64,000 bases of DNA from Dendrobates tinctorius (Eukaryota). Position numbers and translations under genes: made by a program. The stretch is from positions 22,134,001 through 22,198,000 of the forward strand of contig NW_027361761.1 of assembly GCF_039654945.1 (NCBI RefSeq), given 5' to 3'. Positions 37,006 through 49,254 of this stretch are shown one piece after another. The notes below the pieces were generated by a model. The model did not search any database. It was given only the letters and a program-made list of their open reading frames with translations, and was not told where the DNA came from. Each line of letters opens with the position of its first letter. Position 1 is the first letter of the stretch.

Positions 37006-38996
37006 GTATGAAAGTACGTCTCCCTGTAGCGATTCGAGACTTGCTTTGGAACCCTTTTAAGATGGAAATTCTTCTTCATAATTGTAACTTGGGAGATTTT
37101 TCTTGGCCTTGGATTTCGCGGGGGAGGAATTCGGAGAGATAACCTCTGACTCTTCGTCCGAGCCAGATTGTTCGTGTGAAGAGGTATGAACATTTCCCCA
37201 CACTCCTGGAGCACTTCTTTTAAGTCTCTGAGAAGTGTCCATCTCCACGAGGAACTGGTTATTTTTACCAGTATTTAGGGGTATGTGTTGGGGGTAGTAG
37301 GTTTGCTTTGTGGGAGAGTTAAGCCTGCGTGGTGAGCGGGATCTGCTTCTATTAGTAGTAGTAGCTCTATCGCTGTTAACTTGGCGTTGTGGGAGAGCTT
37401 TGTTGCCTCTTGGTAGGTTAGGGATTTTTGAGGCAGGAGAGGAACCTTTGTTTCTAGTGGCGCTCATTCTGGAGATAAGGAGAGATTTTATGGATGTGTA
37501 AAGCGTTGTCCGACTCACCCCCCTTGTTTGTTTTTATGTTTCCCCCTTTTTACTTGAGTAGTGGTGGCTGATTTAGAAGATATAGGTTCACAAAGAGTAT
37601 GGGAAAAAGAGCTTCACCTTTTAAGATATAAGCCACCAGGTGGTGCTATTGTGCTGAGTGTTCCCCAGACCAGTCTCTCTAATAGGAATTGTGTGCTTTG
37701 AGCTTGTTGTTATCACAACTTAGCTCTCTGACCATTTAAGGGAGTGAGATTAACCCTTGCTTTTATAGTAACACAACAGGGCTTCCCACTCAGGCAGTGT
37801 GATTAACCCCTCCTCAGATTTTAGTATTTCTTGGGGCAAGAGGGATGTGAGGGTCTGTTATCCTCAGTATATACAACCACAGCGGCTCCCTGCTAATAAA
37901 GTTTGTGGTAAGTATTAAGTATTATTACTAGTCCGCTTCTTAAGCTCCCAGCTGTTTATTAAGGAAAGACCTTTCCCTGATGTTGGCACAATTAGAACCA
38001 CAGCATTACTCCCTGGCTCGTAGTGAGCGGTGATCCTTGTCTCTATATCAGCGCTGGCTAGCTGATCTTTCAGAGCTTTTTCAGAGCCTGCTGTGCTCGT
38101 CAGCTCTAGGGGGATTCTGTGCCACTGCAGATGACCCACCTCTTTAGCTGCTGGCGTGGCAGTGTCCCGGTGACGAGAATTCGGCAGTGGCACCTGCTCC
38201 TCCCGGTCTTCCTCTCCTGGTCTGCGGCGTCTCCAGTGGTTGTAGATCTCCTAGGAGAGAGGGGAGGAGGAGCCAGGCCTCATGTAGAAAATTTAGTCCC
38301 TGGCTTCAGGTCTGCAATGAGGTATAGGCCGCAACATCTTCAATAAGGGCCAAAATTAGTCCAAAATGATCTTGAAAGATCCTGTAGATTTTGGGAAGCT
38401 AATAAAGAGGCATCTAAGCTTGGATGGTTCAAAACCGCCGCAGATTAAGTCGGATTTTGTGGGTTTCACTGGAGCACCCGGTTCCTATGTCCTCATGGTA
38501 CAAGGCATAGGCCACGCCACCGCAAATACTCATATTCTGAGACAAATTGTTAAAAAAAAAATACTGGGGGATTTTACGGGAAGATAAGACCATAGGGGAT
38601 CTATTACCAATGGAGCCAAAATTCATTTATAGAAAGGCAAGAAATTTGGGGAATCTAGAGGCATACAACAGTACCTATAGCCAATCCAAGAAAAGTACCC
38701 CAATCTGGTCCCTGTGGTCAGAGACCCGGCTATTACCCATGCCGCGGTTGCAGGATTTGTAAAACATTAAAAACAGAAAAACAGTTTATCATATAGAACA
38801 GAAATGAAATATTTAAAATCCGGGATTTCATTACGTGTAACACAGCAGGGGTTATCTATTCATTAAGAAGCCCCTGTGATAAACTATATATAGGACGCAC
38901 TAAGCGTCCATTACGAGTAAGGGTGAATGAGCACCTTAGGAATATAAATAAAAAAGGGTTGTACCAGAAGATATTTAAGGTGACCAAATCCTCCAT

Positions 38997-39059
38997 TGGA
39001 CCATCCCTGATGACGGAAACCGTGTTTTTTCCAAAACTAGTCGGAGAGGAATTGGTCCA
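38997..39059 (+). ncRNA. Degenerate minimal hammerhead ribozyme at the Penelope 3' end (GAAA>AAAA)
   Basis: TGGACCA-TCC-CTGATGA-(stem II)-AAAA-CTAGTC-GGA...TGGTCCA. Confidence 0.55.
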
Positions 39060-40457
39060 CTGCGCTCCCTGTAATCTATCACGTGACCGTTGACATCACC
39101 AAGGTCCTGTTGGCTCCTCCCACGCCACAGCTTCACATCGTGCACACTGCACGCCGCAGGAAGAGGGGAGCGTGGAGTGTGTCACCGGCCGGGACAGCAC
39201 ACCTGAAGAGCCGTGGTATTAACCCACGTTTATCTGGCAAACATCATTCAATCTGACTTCACATCAAGACACACAGCGCTCTTTACTGGTCCTCTGGAGT
39301 CCAGACATTCGCTCAGATTACACCTTAAGGTAATAACTACCTAACTTGGAGCAATCAAATTCATTTGTATGTATTTTTTAGGTCACTACAAGCTAAAGGG
39401 GTTCATTATTAAGCGCAAATTTTAATTATTTATTGAAATGTATTGGTTATTCTAAATTCAGAATAATATTGCACGCCCCACATTTCAGTTTTTGAATTTC
39501 CACAAAAATGTAAAATAACCAATAAATTTCGTTCAACTTCACAATTGTGTCCCACTTGTTGTTGATTCTTCACCAAAAATTTACATTTGGTATCTTTATG
39601 TTTGAAGCATGATATGTGGGAAAAGGTTGAAAAGTTCCAGGGAGCTGAATACTTTCACAATGCCCTGTATATATAATATATAGAAAAAGAAAACAAAGGG
39701 TGCAAAAAATCCTTCCAGGTATGTACCAAACCTCATGCTATAGTCCAAAAGAAGGAAGGCAGCACTCCAATAGAAAAAATAAGTGTGATTCATTTGCCCA
39801 TGTGCGACGTTTCGGGCCAAGATGTGGACCTTTCTCTATATTGGGTGTGAGGACGTTCTGACTGGTACAATCAAGGAGTCATACGTACCCCAAAATTGTA
39901 TGTTGTTTTTTTTTGGGGGGGGCACTGAGAGACCATTTCTGCTTACGGCTTTTAATTTATTTTAATAGATCGGACTTAACATTCTTTTTTCTTTGGAACT
40001 TAATTTTTTTGTCCCCTTAGGAAAAACTTTGACCTGCTGTTCTCTGACCGCTGTACTGTAGTAGAGATATCTAGATATATACAATTCAATTGTGTGTAAT
40101 AAATACAGTTAGGTCCATATATATTTGGACAGAGACAACATTTTTCTAATTTTGATTCTAGACATTACCACAATGAATTTTAAACAAAACAATTCAGATG
40201 CAGGTGAAGTTCAGACTTTCAGCTTTCATCTGAGGGTATCCACATTAAAACTGGATGAAGGGTTTAGGAGTTTCAGCTCCTTAACATGTGCCACCCTGTT
40301 TTTAAAGGGACCAAAAGTAATTGGACAATTGACTCCAATGCTATTTCATGGACAGGTGTGAGCAATCCCTTTGTTATGTCATTCTCAATTAAGCAGATAA
40401 AAGGCCTGGAGTTGAGGTATGGTGCTTGCATTTGGAAGGTTTTGCTGTGAAGGAAAC

Positions 40458-41480
40458 ATGCGGTCCAAGGAGCTCTCCATGCAGGTGAAACAAGCCATCC
40501 TTAAGCTGCAAAAACAGAAAAAACCCATCCGAGAAATTACTACATTAGGAGTGGCGAAATCTACAGTTTGGTACATCCTGAGAAAGAAAGCAAGCACTGG
40601 TGAACTCAAACGCAAAAAGACCTGGGCGCCCACGGAAGACAACAGTGGTGGATGATCGCAGAATAATCTCCATGGCGAAGAGAAACCCCTTCACAACAGC
40701 CAACCAAGTGACCAACACTCTCCAGGAGGTAGGCGTATCAATATCCAAATCTACCATAAAGAGAAGACTGCATGAAAGTAAATACAGAGGGTTCACTGCA
40801 TGGTGCAAGCCACTCAAACATCAAGAATCAAAAGGCTAGACTGGACTTTGCTAAAAAACATCTAAAAAAGCCAGCACAGTTCTGGAAGAACATTCTTTGG
40901 ACAGATGAAACCAAGATCAACCTCTACCAGAATGATGGAAAGAGAAAAGTATGGCGAAGGCGTGGTACAGCTCATGATTCAAAGCATGCCACATCATCTG
41001 TAAAACACGGTGGAGGCAGTGTGATGGCTTGGGCATGCATGGCTGCCAGTGGCACTGGGTCATTAGTGTTTATTGATGATGTGACAGGACAGAAGCAGCT
41101 GAATGAATTCTGAGGTATTCAGAGCCATACTGTGTGCTCAGATCCAGCCAAATGCAGCCAAACTGATTGGTCGTCGTTTCATACTACAGATGGACAATGA
41201 CCCAAAACATAAAGCCAAAGCAACCCAGGAGTTTATTAAAGCAAAGAAGTGGAATATTCTTGAATGGCCAAGTCAGTCACCTGATCTCAACCCAATTGAG
41301 CATGCATTTCACTTGTTAAAGACTAAACTTCAGACAGAAAGGCCCACAAACAAACAGCAACTGAAAACCACCGCAGTGAAGGCCTGGCAGAGCATCAAAA
41401 AGGAGGAAACAGCGTCTGGTGATGTCCATGAGTTCAAGACTTCAGGCAGTCATTGCCAACAAAGGGTTTTCAACCAAGTA
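40458..41480 (+). pseudogene. Tc1 transposase (DD34E), frameshifted
   Basis: GRPRKTT, WTDETK, QMDNDPKH...SPDLNPIE with 34 residues between D and E. Confidence 0.9.
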
Positions 41481-42341
41481 CCGTATTTTCCTGCGTATAA
41501 GACGACTTTTTAACCCCTGAAAATCTGCTTAAAAGACGTGTGTCGTCTTATACGCCGCGTGCATATGGCGGGGGAGTGGTCCCGATGAAGAAGGGAGGGT
41601 ATAGGTGGTGTTATCATCCCCTTTTACCTCATTGGTGGCAGCGGTGCGGCAGCTCCTGCTTCTGAAGTGTGGCGGCTATGTGCTGGGGGGGTCGGCGGCG
41701 GCGGCTCCTGTTTGTCCAGTGTGGGGGCGCTGTGCTGGGGGGCGGCTGCGGCGGCTCTCTGTCCAGCGTCGGGGCTCCTCTGGCATTTCCCCATAGCCCG
41801 GAGGCCCAGGCAGCTCCATTGCTGCGATGCGGTGGCCTCCGGGAAAATGGCCGCCGGAGCCTGCGTGAGCTCAGATTCAGATCTCGTCCCGAGATCTCGG
41901 GAGACGAGATCTGAATCTGAGCTCGCGCGGGCTCCGGCGGCCATTTTCCCGGAGGCCACCGCATTGCAGCAATGGAGCTGCCGGAGCCCTAACGCTGGAC
42001 AGAGAGCCGCCGCAGCCGCCCCCCAGCACAGCGCCCTCACGCTGGACAAAGAGGAGCCGCCGCCGACACCGAGAACAGAGCCGCCACACTGCAGATGGAG
42101 GAGCCGCCGAGGCCCACAGCAGAGAACCGCAGCACCGCTGCCACCAATGAGGTAAAAGGGGATGATAACTCCACTTACACCCTCCCTTCTTCATCGGGAC
42201 CACTCCCCCGCCATATGAAGATTGCTCCGCACCCAGCATATAAGATGACACAATCGTATAAGAAGATCCCCCGACTTTTAAGAAGATTTACTATTTTAAC
42301 TGGAAAAGTTGGGGGGTCGTCTTATACGCCTGAAAATACGG
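41481..42341. mobile_element. Fold-back Tc2/pogo-type MITE nested in the Tc1
   Basis: TA|CCGTATTTTC...GAAAATACGG|TA; GC-rich internal palindrome centred near 41895. Confidence 0.85.
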
Positions 42342-42849
42342 TACTAGAAATGAACATTTTATTTACAATTATTTAATCTGTCCAATTACTTTTGGTCCCT
42401 TTAAAAACAGTGTGACACATGTTAAGGAGCTGAAACTCCTAAACCCTTCATCCAATTTTAATGTGGATACCCTCAAATGAAAGCTGAAAGTCTGAACTTC
42501 AACTGCATCTGAATTGTTTTGCTTAAAATTCATTGTGGTAATGTCTAGAACCAAAATTAGAAAAATGTTGTCTCTGACCAAATATATATGGACCTATCTG
42601 TATATACTTAATTGCATATGTTTATGATTATAATATACATATACTTTAATTGTGCATAAAATATATATCAGCATCTCATACACACATGCAATTAGATTAT
42701 AAAGATTAGACACGAATATTATATATTATAATTTTATTTGCATGTGTGAATGTATGTGTGAATGTACATTTTTTCTCCCAATTCTGGAAAAGGGTTAATG
42801 CTAAATAGAGGCCTTCTTATTTTCTCAGTGATATTGACAGCTCACATAC

Positions 42850-42921
42850 CGGCCATTCCATGGCAGCCTCCAACAGAATCGTTCCAACACCGCACATTGG
42901 ATCCAGGACATATTTAGCTGT
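42850..42921 (-). CDS. THUMPD2: THUMPD2 exon 7 (SAM-binding motif I)
   Basis: TAKYVLDPMCGVGTILLEAAMEWP; 72 nt. Confidence 0.92.
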
Positions 42922-43223
42922 CTGAAAAAAGAAGAAATTGGCAAAAGGAAAATGAACCTGTCATGAAGACATTAAATATGCATGTAGCTGCAAAGATTTC
43001 TGGAGGGGTAAGAAGAGACTATATTGTCAGCTGTCAGAGGGTGAAGGAGACCAATTCTGTTCATAGCCTGCCCCTAACAGCACAAAATTATGAGCAGCAG
43101 CTCCTTTTCTGTGGTCGTACACATGGACGAGGCTCCGCATACAGACAGTACGACTATGGATGAGGCTCCGCATAAGAAAAAAAAAACAAAAAAACTATAC
43201 CCGGATAGAATTAGAAACATCTA

Positions 43224-43822
43224 CAGTTGTGGCCAAAAGTATTGACACCCCTGCAATTCTGTCAGATAATACTCAGTTTCTTCCTGAAAATGATTGCAAA
43301 CACAAATTCTTTGTTATTATTATCTTAATTTAACTTGTCTTAAATGAAAAAACACAAAAGAGAATGAAAAAACAGCAAAACATTGATCATTTCACACACA
43401 ACTCCAAAAATGAGCCAGACAAAAGTATTGGCACCCTCAGCCTAATACTTGGTTGCACAACCTTTAGCCAAAAAAAACTGCGGCGGTGATCCCACCTCAG
43501 AGCCGCGACATGTCAGCTGTTATGAACAGCTGACATGTGCCCGCAATAGGCGCGAGCAGAATCGCCGTCTGCCCACGCCTATTATGACTTTGAGCTCCGC
43601 CCGGTTGTCGGCGCTGAAAGCACAGGAGTAAATTTGCTACATATAGGTGATCTGCTCATCGCCCATATGTAGCAGAGCCAATGGTTTCGTTTAAAAGTAC
43701 AACTCGTCCCGCAAAAAATAAGCCCTCACACCGCCATATAGACAGAAAAATAAAAAAAGTTATGGCTTTGGAAAGAAGGGGAGCGAAAAAATGAAAACAG
43801 CTCCGGTAGTGAAGGGGTTAAA
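43224..43822. mobile_element. Tc1 end fragment joined to a piggyBac-like MITE fragment
   Basis: TA|CAGTTGTGGCCAAAAGTATTGACACCC start; ends GTGAAGGGG|TTAA; shares sequence with 58441-60218. Confidence 0.55.
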
Positions 43823-43846
43823 TGACCTTTAATAAATTTTACTTAC

Positions 43847-43934
43847 ACCGATTTCCGCCATTGAGGCCATTGCCCATGCGGTGGTGGCTCGCAGTCCTGC
43901 TCTCTGAATATAATCTCTATTTGCTAGAGACTGC
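43847..43934 (-). CDS. THUMPD2: THUMPD2 exon 6
   Basis: QSLANRDYIQRAGLRATTAWAMASMAEIG; 88 nt; donor gtaagt. Confidence 0.92.
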
Positions 43935-45327
43935 CTGACAACAGAAAAGAAAAAGAAAAAAAATTAAAAAAAAAAAAAAGGGAGGAAAACAACAGACTTT
44001 ATTCTAAAATAGGAGTAAGCAGCCTCCCAACATCCGTACACGTATGGAGTGACATGGATGCGGCTGTGTAGACTGGATATATTTGCCTGATGCATTATAC
44101 AGCCTACAACTGCCCCCAACAGCAGCGAATGGAGTCACCTCTGATCACTGCTGTTTCTCCGCCTAAATGCTGCTGCTAATAACGGACAAAGGGCATGTGT
44201 CTCAATCCCCCGATGCATCAATTCAGGCGACCATCACCCCTTCCCCTGCGTCTAACAGCCTCAACCGGAGCAGAGCTTTGATCATGGCTGTTAACCATTT
44301 ATAAGTCACTAATAGGCTATGTTCACACATTGCATTTTTGCTGCAGTTTTTTCTGCTGCAGTTTTTTCTGCAGGCAAAACCTGAGTCTTGGCAGTTAAGA
44401 AGCCGCTTACAAAAAAAAAAAAAAAAAAACAGCAGGTTTTGTTGGATTTTTTTTTCCAGGATGCCAAAGTTCAGCTTTGCTTTCACCACAGAAGCATGAA
44501 CACAGGTCACCAATGGAAGGCATAACGCCAGTTTTGGAAAATAGACCAATTAGATCAAATTATTTAGTGCAAAATGATTTGTGTCTGAAAAGAGTGACTA
44601 GTCTGAACAAAAAAAATTCATATGAGTTCAGGAGAAAAATACAGAATTATAAATCTAATAGCGGCGAGAGGTGAATTGGTCGGGAATAGTTTACCTAAGA
44701 CATTGGAAGCATTGAGTGTGTAGGACATTGTTTACTTTCACACTTTGGTCGGCCCTTGAGTTGGTCAGGTATTGTTCAATTTCACACCCTGGTCAGACAA
44801 TGTTTAATTTGTACACCATTAATTTAAACTGTACTAATCCTACCTGCCATTCTCAGGTGAGGAGAACAAGTATCTATGGTTTAAACTTGGGTATAAAAAA
44901 AAATAAATAAATAAGTGGGTTTCACAAACTGCTGTATGTGCTTTTTTTCACTAAAAATGCAGCAAAAACCTGATACTTGTGTTTTTTTTGCTGCGGTTTT
45001 GCACTTACTCAATGTTTTCTATGGGTGAAAAAACGCTGAAAGTAGTGGCATGCTGCAGTTTAAAAAAAAAAAAAAGAAAAAACTGCAGCAGTTTCCCAAT
45101 ACAATAAAAAAAAAGTGTGCATGAGATTTCTGAAGTCTCATCATAGCTCTTTGTTGGTACTGTGAAACGCAGCTTTCAATTTGCATTAAAAAAAAATAAA
45201 TAAAAATGCAACGTCACGTTGTGAATCCCTAGCAGCTTCATTTGAATGGCACAGTTGCCAGTTTGCCACGCAGCACAAGTGGTATCAGATATCACAGGCA
45301 TGACCACTGCAAATAATATAAAATTAC

Positions 45328-45380
45328 CTTAAAATTGGGAATCCCACCACAGAATACATGTCATTCAGGTGCACAAATAT
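45328..45380 (-). CDS. THUMPD2: THUMPD2 exon 5
   Basis: IFVHLNDMYSVVGFPIL; 53 nt. Confidence 0.9.
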
Positions 45381-45888
45381 CTAGCATAAAACAGTGAAGA
45401 AAAAAAAAAAGAAGTGAAAAAACTTAAAAATATTACCACAAAATACAAACCCTGCACAATAAAGTGAAATCATATGTTTTACCAAAAATTAATTATTTGA
45501 CCTTGAAATTTCCTGTCCAGAAATATAAATATACACACACACACACACACACTTCAGGTACAGTTTGCATTTAAAATGGTCTTGCTTATAATACATTTAG
45601 GAGGCCGTAATGGCACAGCGAATATAAAAAACGTAGAGTAGGACTGCCCCATATGAGAATGCGTGGCGGGGTGGCTCAAAATATTGATCAATTTTTTGCT
45701 AAATGTCTCATTTTGAAATACAGTTAGAAATCAATATGTGCATATGCACTTTATGTATTGCATTCTGACCACAAGCAGTGCTGGCTTCTCCCCTTTTTAA
45801 TTTTTGGGGGTGGATTTCTCTTATAATTGCAGCTGGTAGATTAGCCCCAGCTAGAGGGGGAACTTAAGCCTCCTGGCACTTAGTAGGC

Positions 45889-46785
45889 TGTTATGAATGG
45901 GCCCAAGCTAAGTCACAGAAAACCAGAGAGTTTGGTAACTAAGCAGATGCAGACCCCTGATCCTATCCCCACAACTAGCAGTAGCTGTGGAGCGTATCTA
46001 CGATGATCCTAGATGTCTCGGCACAGCCGGAGAGCTAACTAAGCCTAAAGCAAGAAAGGGGAAATCTAAACTGCCCCAGAGCAGACCCCAAGGGAATAGA
46101 CAGCCCTCAAACATATATTGTCAGTGAGACAAGATGAAAACACAAACACAGGCAGAAAAATAGGCTGAGAAAACGATGGGGCCCACACTGACTAGACAGG
46201 ACAGGAAAGGAAAGACACTGTCTGCAATCATGCAAAAAACCCTGCAAAAAGTCCAACACGTCTGATGCATAAAAAACACTGAAGTCGCACGACTTCGCCC
46301 CCCACTATATCAGCACTCTGGTATATTCTGAAAGCAAAGCAAAAAGAGACCAATATAACAGGGGATAAAACAAACTGGCGCATGCAGTAACATATGGGCG
46401 GTGATTCAGCACAGCCTCAGCCGGAGCTGACTGACCCACACAAAGCAGAGATAAACAAAACCAGATCAAATGCAAACAGAATAACAAATGAACCACTCAG
46501 CTGAACCATGCAGGGAAAGAGCAGGAGACATCAGACCTAGAAGGCACAGGAAGAAAATCACCAGCAGGGATAGAGGGAGTTAGCTGTCTTCAATCCCAAT
46601 CAGAAACCCCAGATCTCCAATCGTCTTCCTCATTATCAGGTGGCAAGCCTCTGTCAATCAAATCAGCTCCAGTAACCACCAGAGGGAGGAGTCCAGAAAG
46701 AGAACTCGCAACCCCTCTGTCAATCTGACCAGCTCCACTACCTTCAGTAATCACCAGAGGGAAGCCAGAGAGAGAATTCACAACA
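45889..46785. mobile_element. Solo LTR with a 6-bp TSD
   Basis: TGTTATGAAT...ATTCACAACA termini; GTAGGC at 45883-45888 and 46786-46791. Confidence 0.8.
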
Positions 46786-47191
46786 GTAGGCCATGTTGCC
46801 TCCCTGAACTAATATTTTAGAACGTCAACAAAGGAATATAAGTAGACTGCCTGAACGTTTATAATATATGAGCAGTCCAGAAATAGTTAAAAAAAAAAAA
46901 AAAAAAGACAAACTTTACGTGGGCATTTTGTAGGGTCTTGCCTGACATAGCATTGTGTCTATACCCAATGACCAGTAGTCGGATGCCCCATTAGGATCAC
47001 ACAATTTAAAATCTTACCGTCAGATTAAATAGCAGCAATTAAGTGGTTAACAGCAGCAATAAGGACACTAGATGCTGGCCATGTAATACAGCTGGCTCCT
47101 GTTCTGTGTGGAATGGACTCAGCTTCTGATCCCACTCCATACCCTAGCACCACGATGTATCCATATGTCATAGAGTAATGGAAAGCAGTAC

Positions 47192-47269
47192 CTCAAGCTG
47201 AGGGCGCTGCAGGTCAACTTTCCAACCGAACTGTTTTGAAAGTGAAACTCCAATAATGCGACTCATGTC
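47192..47269 (-). CDS. THUMPD2: THUMPD2 exon 4
   Basis: DMSRIIGVSLSKQFGWKVDLQRPQLE; 78 nt. Confidence 0.9.
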
Positions 47270-48281
47270 CTGAAGGAAAAAAAAAACCTTGTGGTTAGAG
47301 GGGACGTGATGTTGACTTTAAGTTAAAGATATCATCCATGTTCATATAAGGAAAGCCGCACTAGTACGGCTGGGAAGGGAGACCATCCCGGTGCCAGTCA
47401 CTTTGTATAGACACACCAGAAGATTTATTTAGCGAGGATCCGGTTAATGAAAGAGGCCAAGGAGGTTCTCCTCGGAGAGTAAAAGAGTGATGAATGGAGG
47501 TTGGTGGGGGAGCAGGAGGTCTCAGGATACCCAGTAATCAAGACTAGGGGTCACGAGTTTTACACAGTGAAAGATACTCAAACCAAAGACATAAGGCCAC
47601 CAAAGAGAAGGTTGCAAGAGCAGACCACTACCTGGACGACCCTTCCCTGAATGCAATAGTGCACCATGGGGAAAAAAAACCTTATAGTCACCTCCTGCAT
47701 CGGCACCATTAGAGGGGTCAGCGTGGGATCTACCGGCACTCAGGTAACATTGTTATGCTGCCATCCCACACCATTTTCTGCATTGTAAATCTAATTTACC
47801 TTAATGCCTTTACAAAAAAAAAAAAAAAAGAAAATGAATAAAATTTTATATTATGGAAAAAATAAAATAATAAAAATAGCTATTTTACACAGTGAGTGAG
47901 AAGAATTAAAAAAATTAGCATTTCCCTGGTCCAGCATCCAGAGTGGTCTTCACTTCTGTGGCAGGCGTCCTCGGTGATTACATTATGATTTTACATGATG
48001 CCTAGTGTATGGGGGTTTTGTAAATGCCAGGAGCACAGAGGATGCCGTCCACAAGTGCAGAGCGGTCCGGCTGCCGAGGAGAAAAGAACTGGACTCCGAT
48101 AACGATGAGGGAAGCGCAAATCTAAACCCCCCCATAAAATAATATTCATGTATTTTTGCATGTCACAAAAGTAGTAGAGAACATGCAAGACCCCCCCGCT
48201 CTGTTCACTGGAGCAGGTAGTGCACCATCCCAGAATGGAGCGAGAGGCAGAAGACATGACGACTGACCCCGGAGACGTTAC

Positions 48282-48613
48282 CTGTGCCGTCATCGTCTTT
48301 GTACAGACACCAGCACATCGACAGGAAACTCTAAAAGTGACCGGCTCGGCGCTGTGTCCAACAAGTGGATGTGTGATGGGGTCCGGCGGCGGCAGCTCCG
48401 GTGTGGCTGCTGCTTCTTCGGTCTCTCCTTTCCAGGTTTTTGGCTTCGGCTCCGTCTGATCATTATTGGATCTTCTCTTCAAGGCCTTCTCCTGCCCGTG
48501 GGACGTTCCCTGCGGCGGTAACTGCTCCTGAAACGTCTCCCACACCTGCAGGGTCTCCAGCCACAGGGACGCGTCTCCCTGGACCAAACTCCGCAGAGCC
48601 ACGAGTACATTCC
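48282..48613 (-). CDS. THUMPD2: THUMPD2 exon 3
   Basis: NVLVALRSLVQGD...TFRVSCRCAGVCTKTMTAQ; 332 nt. Confidence 0.88.
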
Positions 48614-48896
48614 CTACAGAAGAGTGAGAATATCATATTGTTACCGGGGTTCATGGCTCCTCTATGCCATCACTAACGATCGGTGGTGGTCCCAGAGGCG
48701 GGGGGCACGACTCCCACTGATCCTGACAATACAGCGTCTCGCTCGCTTATATTCTCTGTACAGATGCCACCAGTCTTATACAGACTAAGCCTGAGCTGCA
48801 GTACCAGACTCGGCCACCACCACATGGACGGCGCTGTACATTTGATGCGGAGGACGTGGCGCTCCCAGCCAGTGGCGCTCAGGAGTAAAGCCGCAC

Positions 48897-49023
48897 CTGT
48901 GCACTCGGTGATAGGAGGCCCTTTATGGAGGAGCAGGAACACGCGCTCCGCAGACTTCACTTTTCTCAATGCGCAAAGATCCGGATTTCCTTTGAAGAAA
49001 ACTTTTCCTGGCAGAGACTCAAC
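48897..49023 (-). CDS. THUMPD2: THUMPD2 exon 2
   Basis: VESLPGKVFF...KVKSAERVFLLL; 127 nt. Confidence 0.88.
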
Positions 49024-49254
49024 CTTGAAGAAAGAAGAAAGACGTTATTGTCGGCCTCCGATAGAGGCCGCGGCCTGCTCTCCTGCCGGAGACGTATGCA
49101 CCGCAGTCCCCTCAACACTCCGGGATTTTTTTTATTTTTTTTTGCTAATTTTTTCCAACATTTTAAAACAACATGCAACCTATCCACACACACAAAAATT
49201 AAGTGTAAAAATATTTTCTTAAAAAAATAAGGTAAAATAATAATAATGTCCTGT

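Larger units (their letters stand above)
31842..38521 (-). mobile_element. Full-length L1 (LINE-1 clade), 6.68 kb
   Basis: 17-bp TSD GCAAATACTCATATTCT at 31825-31841 and 38522-38538; ORF1 and ORF2; AATAAA near the 3' end; GGTGGCGTGG 5' end. Confidence 0.95.
30655..38960 (+). mobile_element. Penelope-like retroelement (RT C-terminal part and GIY-YIG endonuclease) in three pieces: 30655-30823, 31486-31841, 38522-38960
   Basis: FIDDVLFIW, INFLDL, YHKPTD, SCHLPTWLINVPKSQFIRAHRNCS; ITCNTAGVIY...LYIGRTKRPLRVRVNEHLRNI. Confidence 0.85.
40106..42600 (+). mobile_element. Tc1 DNA transposon with ~220-bp TIRs and a TA TSD
   Basis: TA|CAGTTAGGTCCATATATATTTGG ... CCAAATATATATGGACCTATCTG|TA. Confidence 0.93.

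Noticed and set aside
41605-42376. Cluster of Ala/Pro-rich ORFs
   Set aside because: Stop-poor GC-rich palindromic MITE
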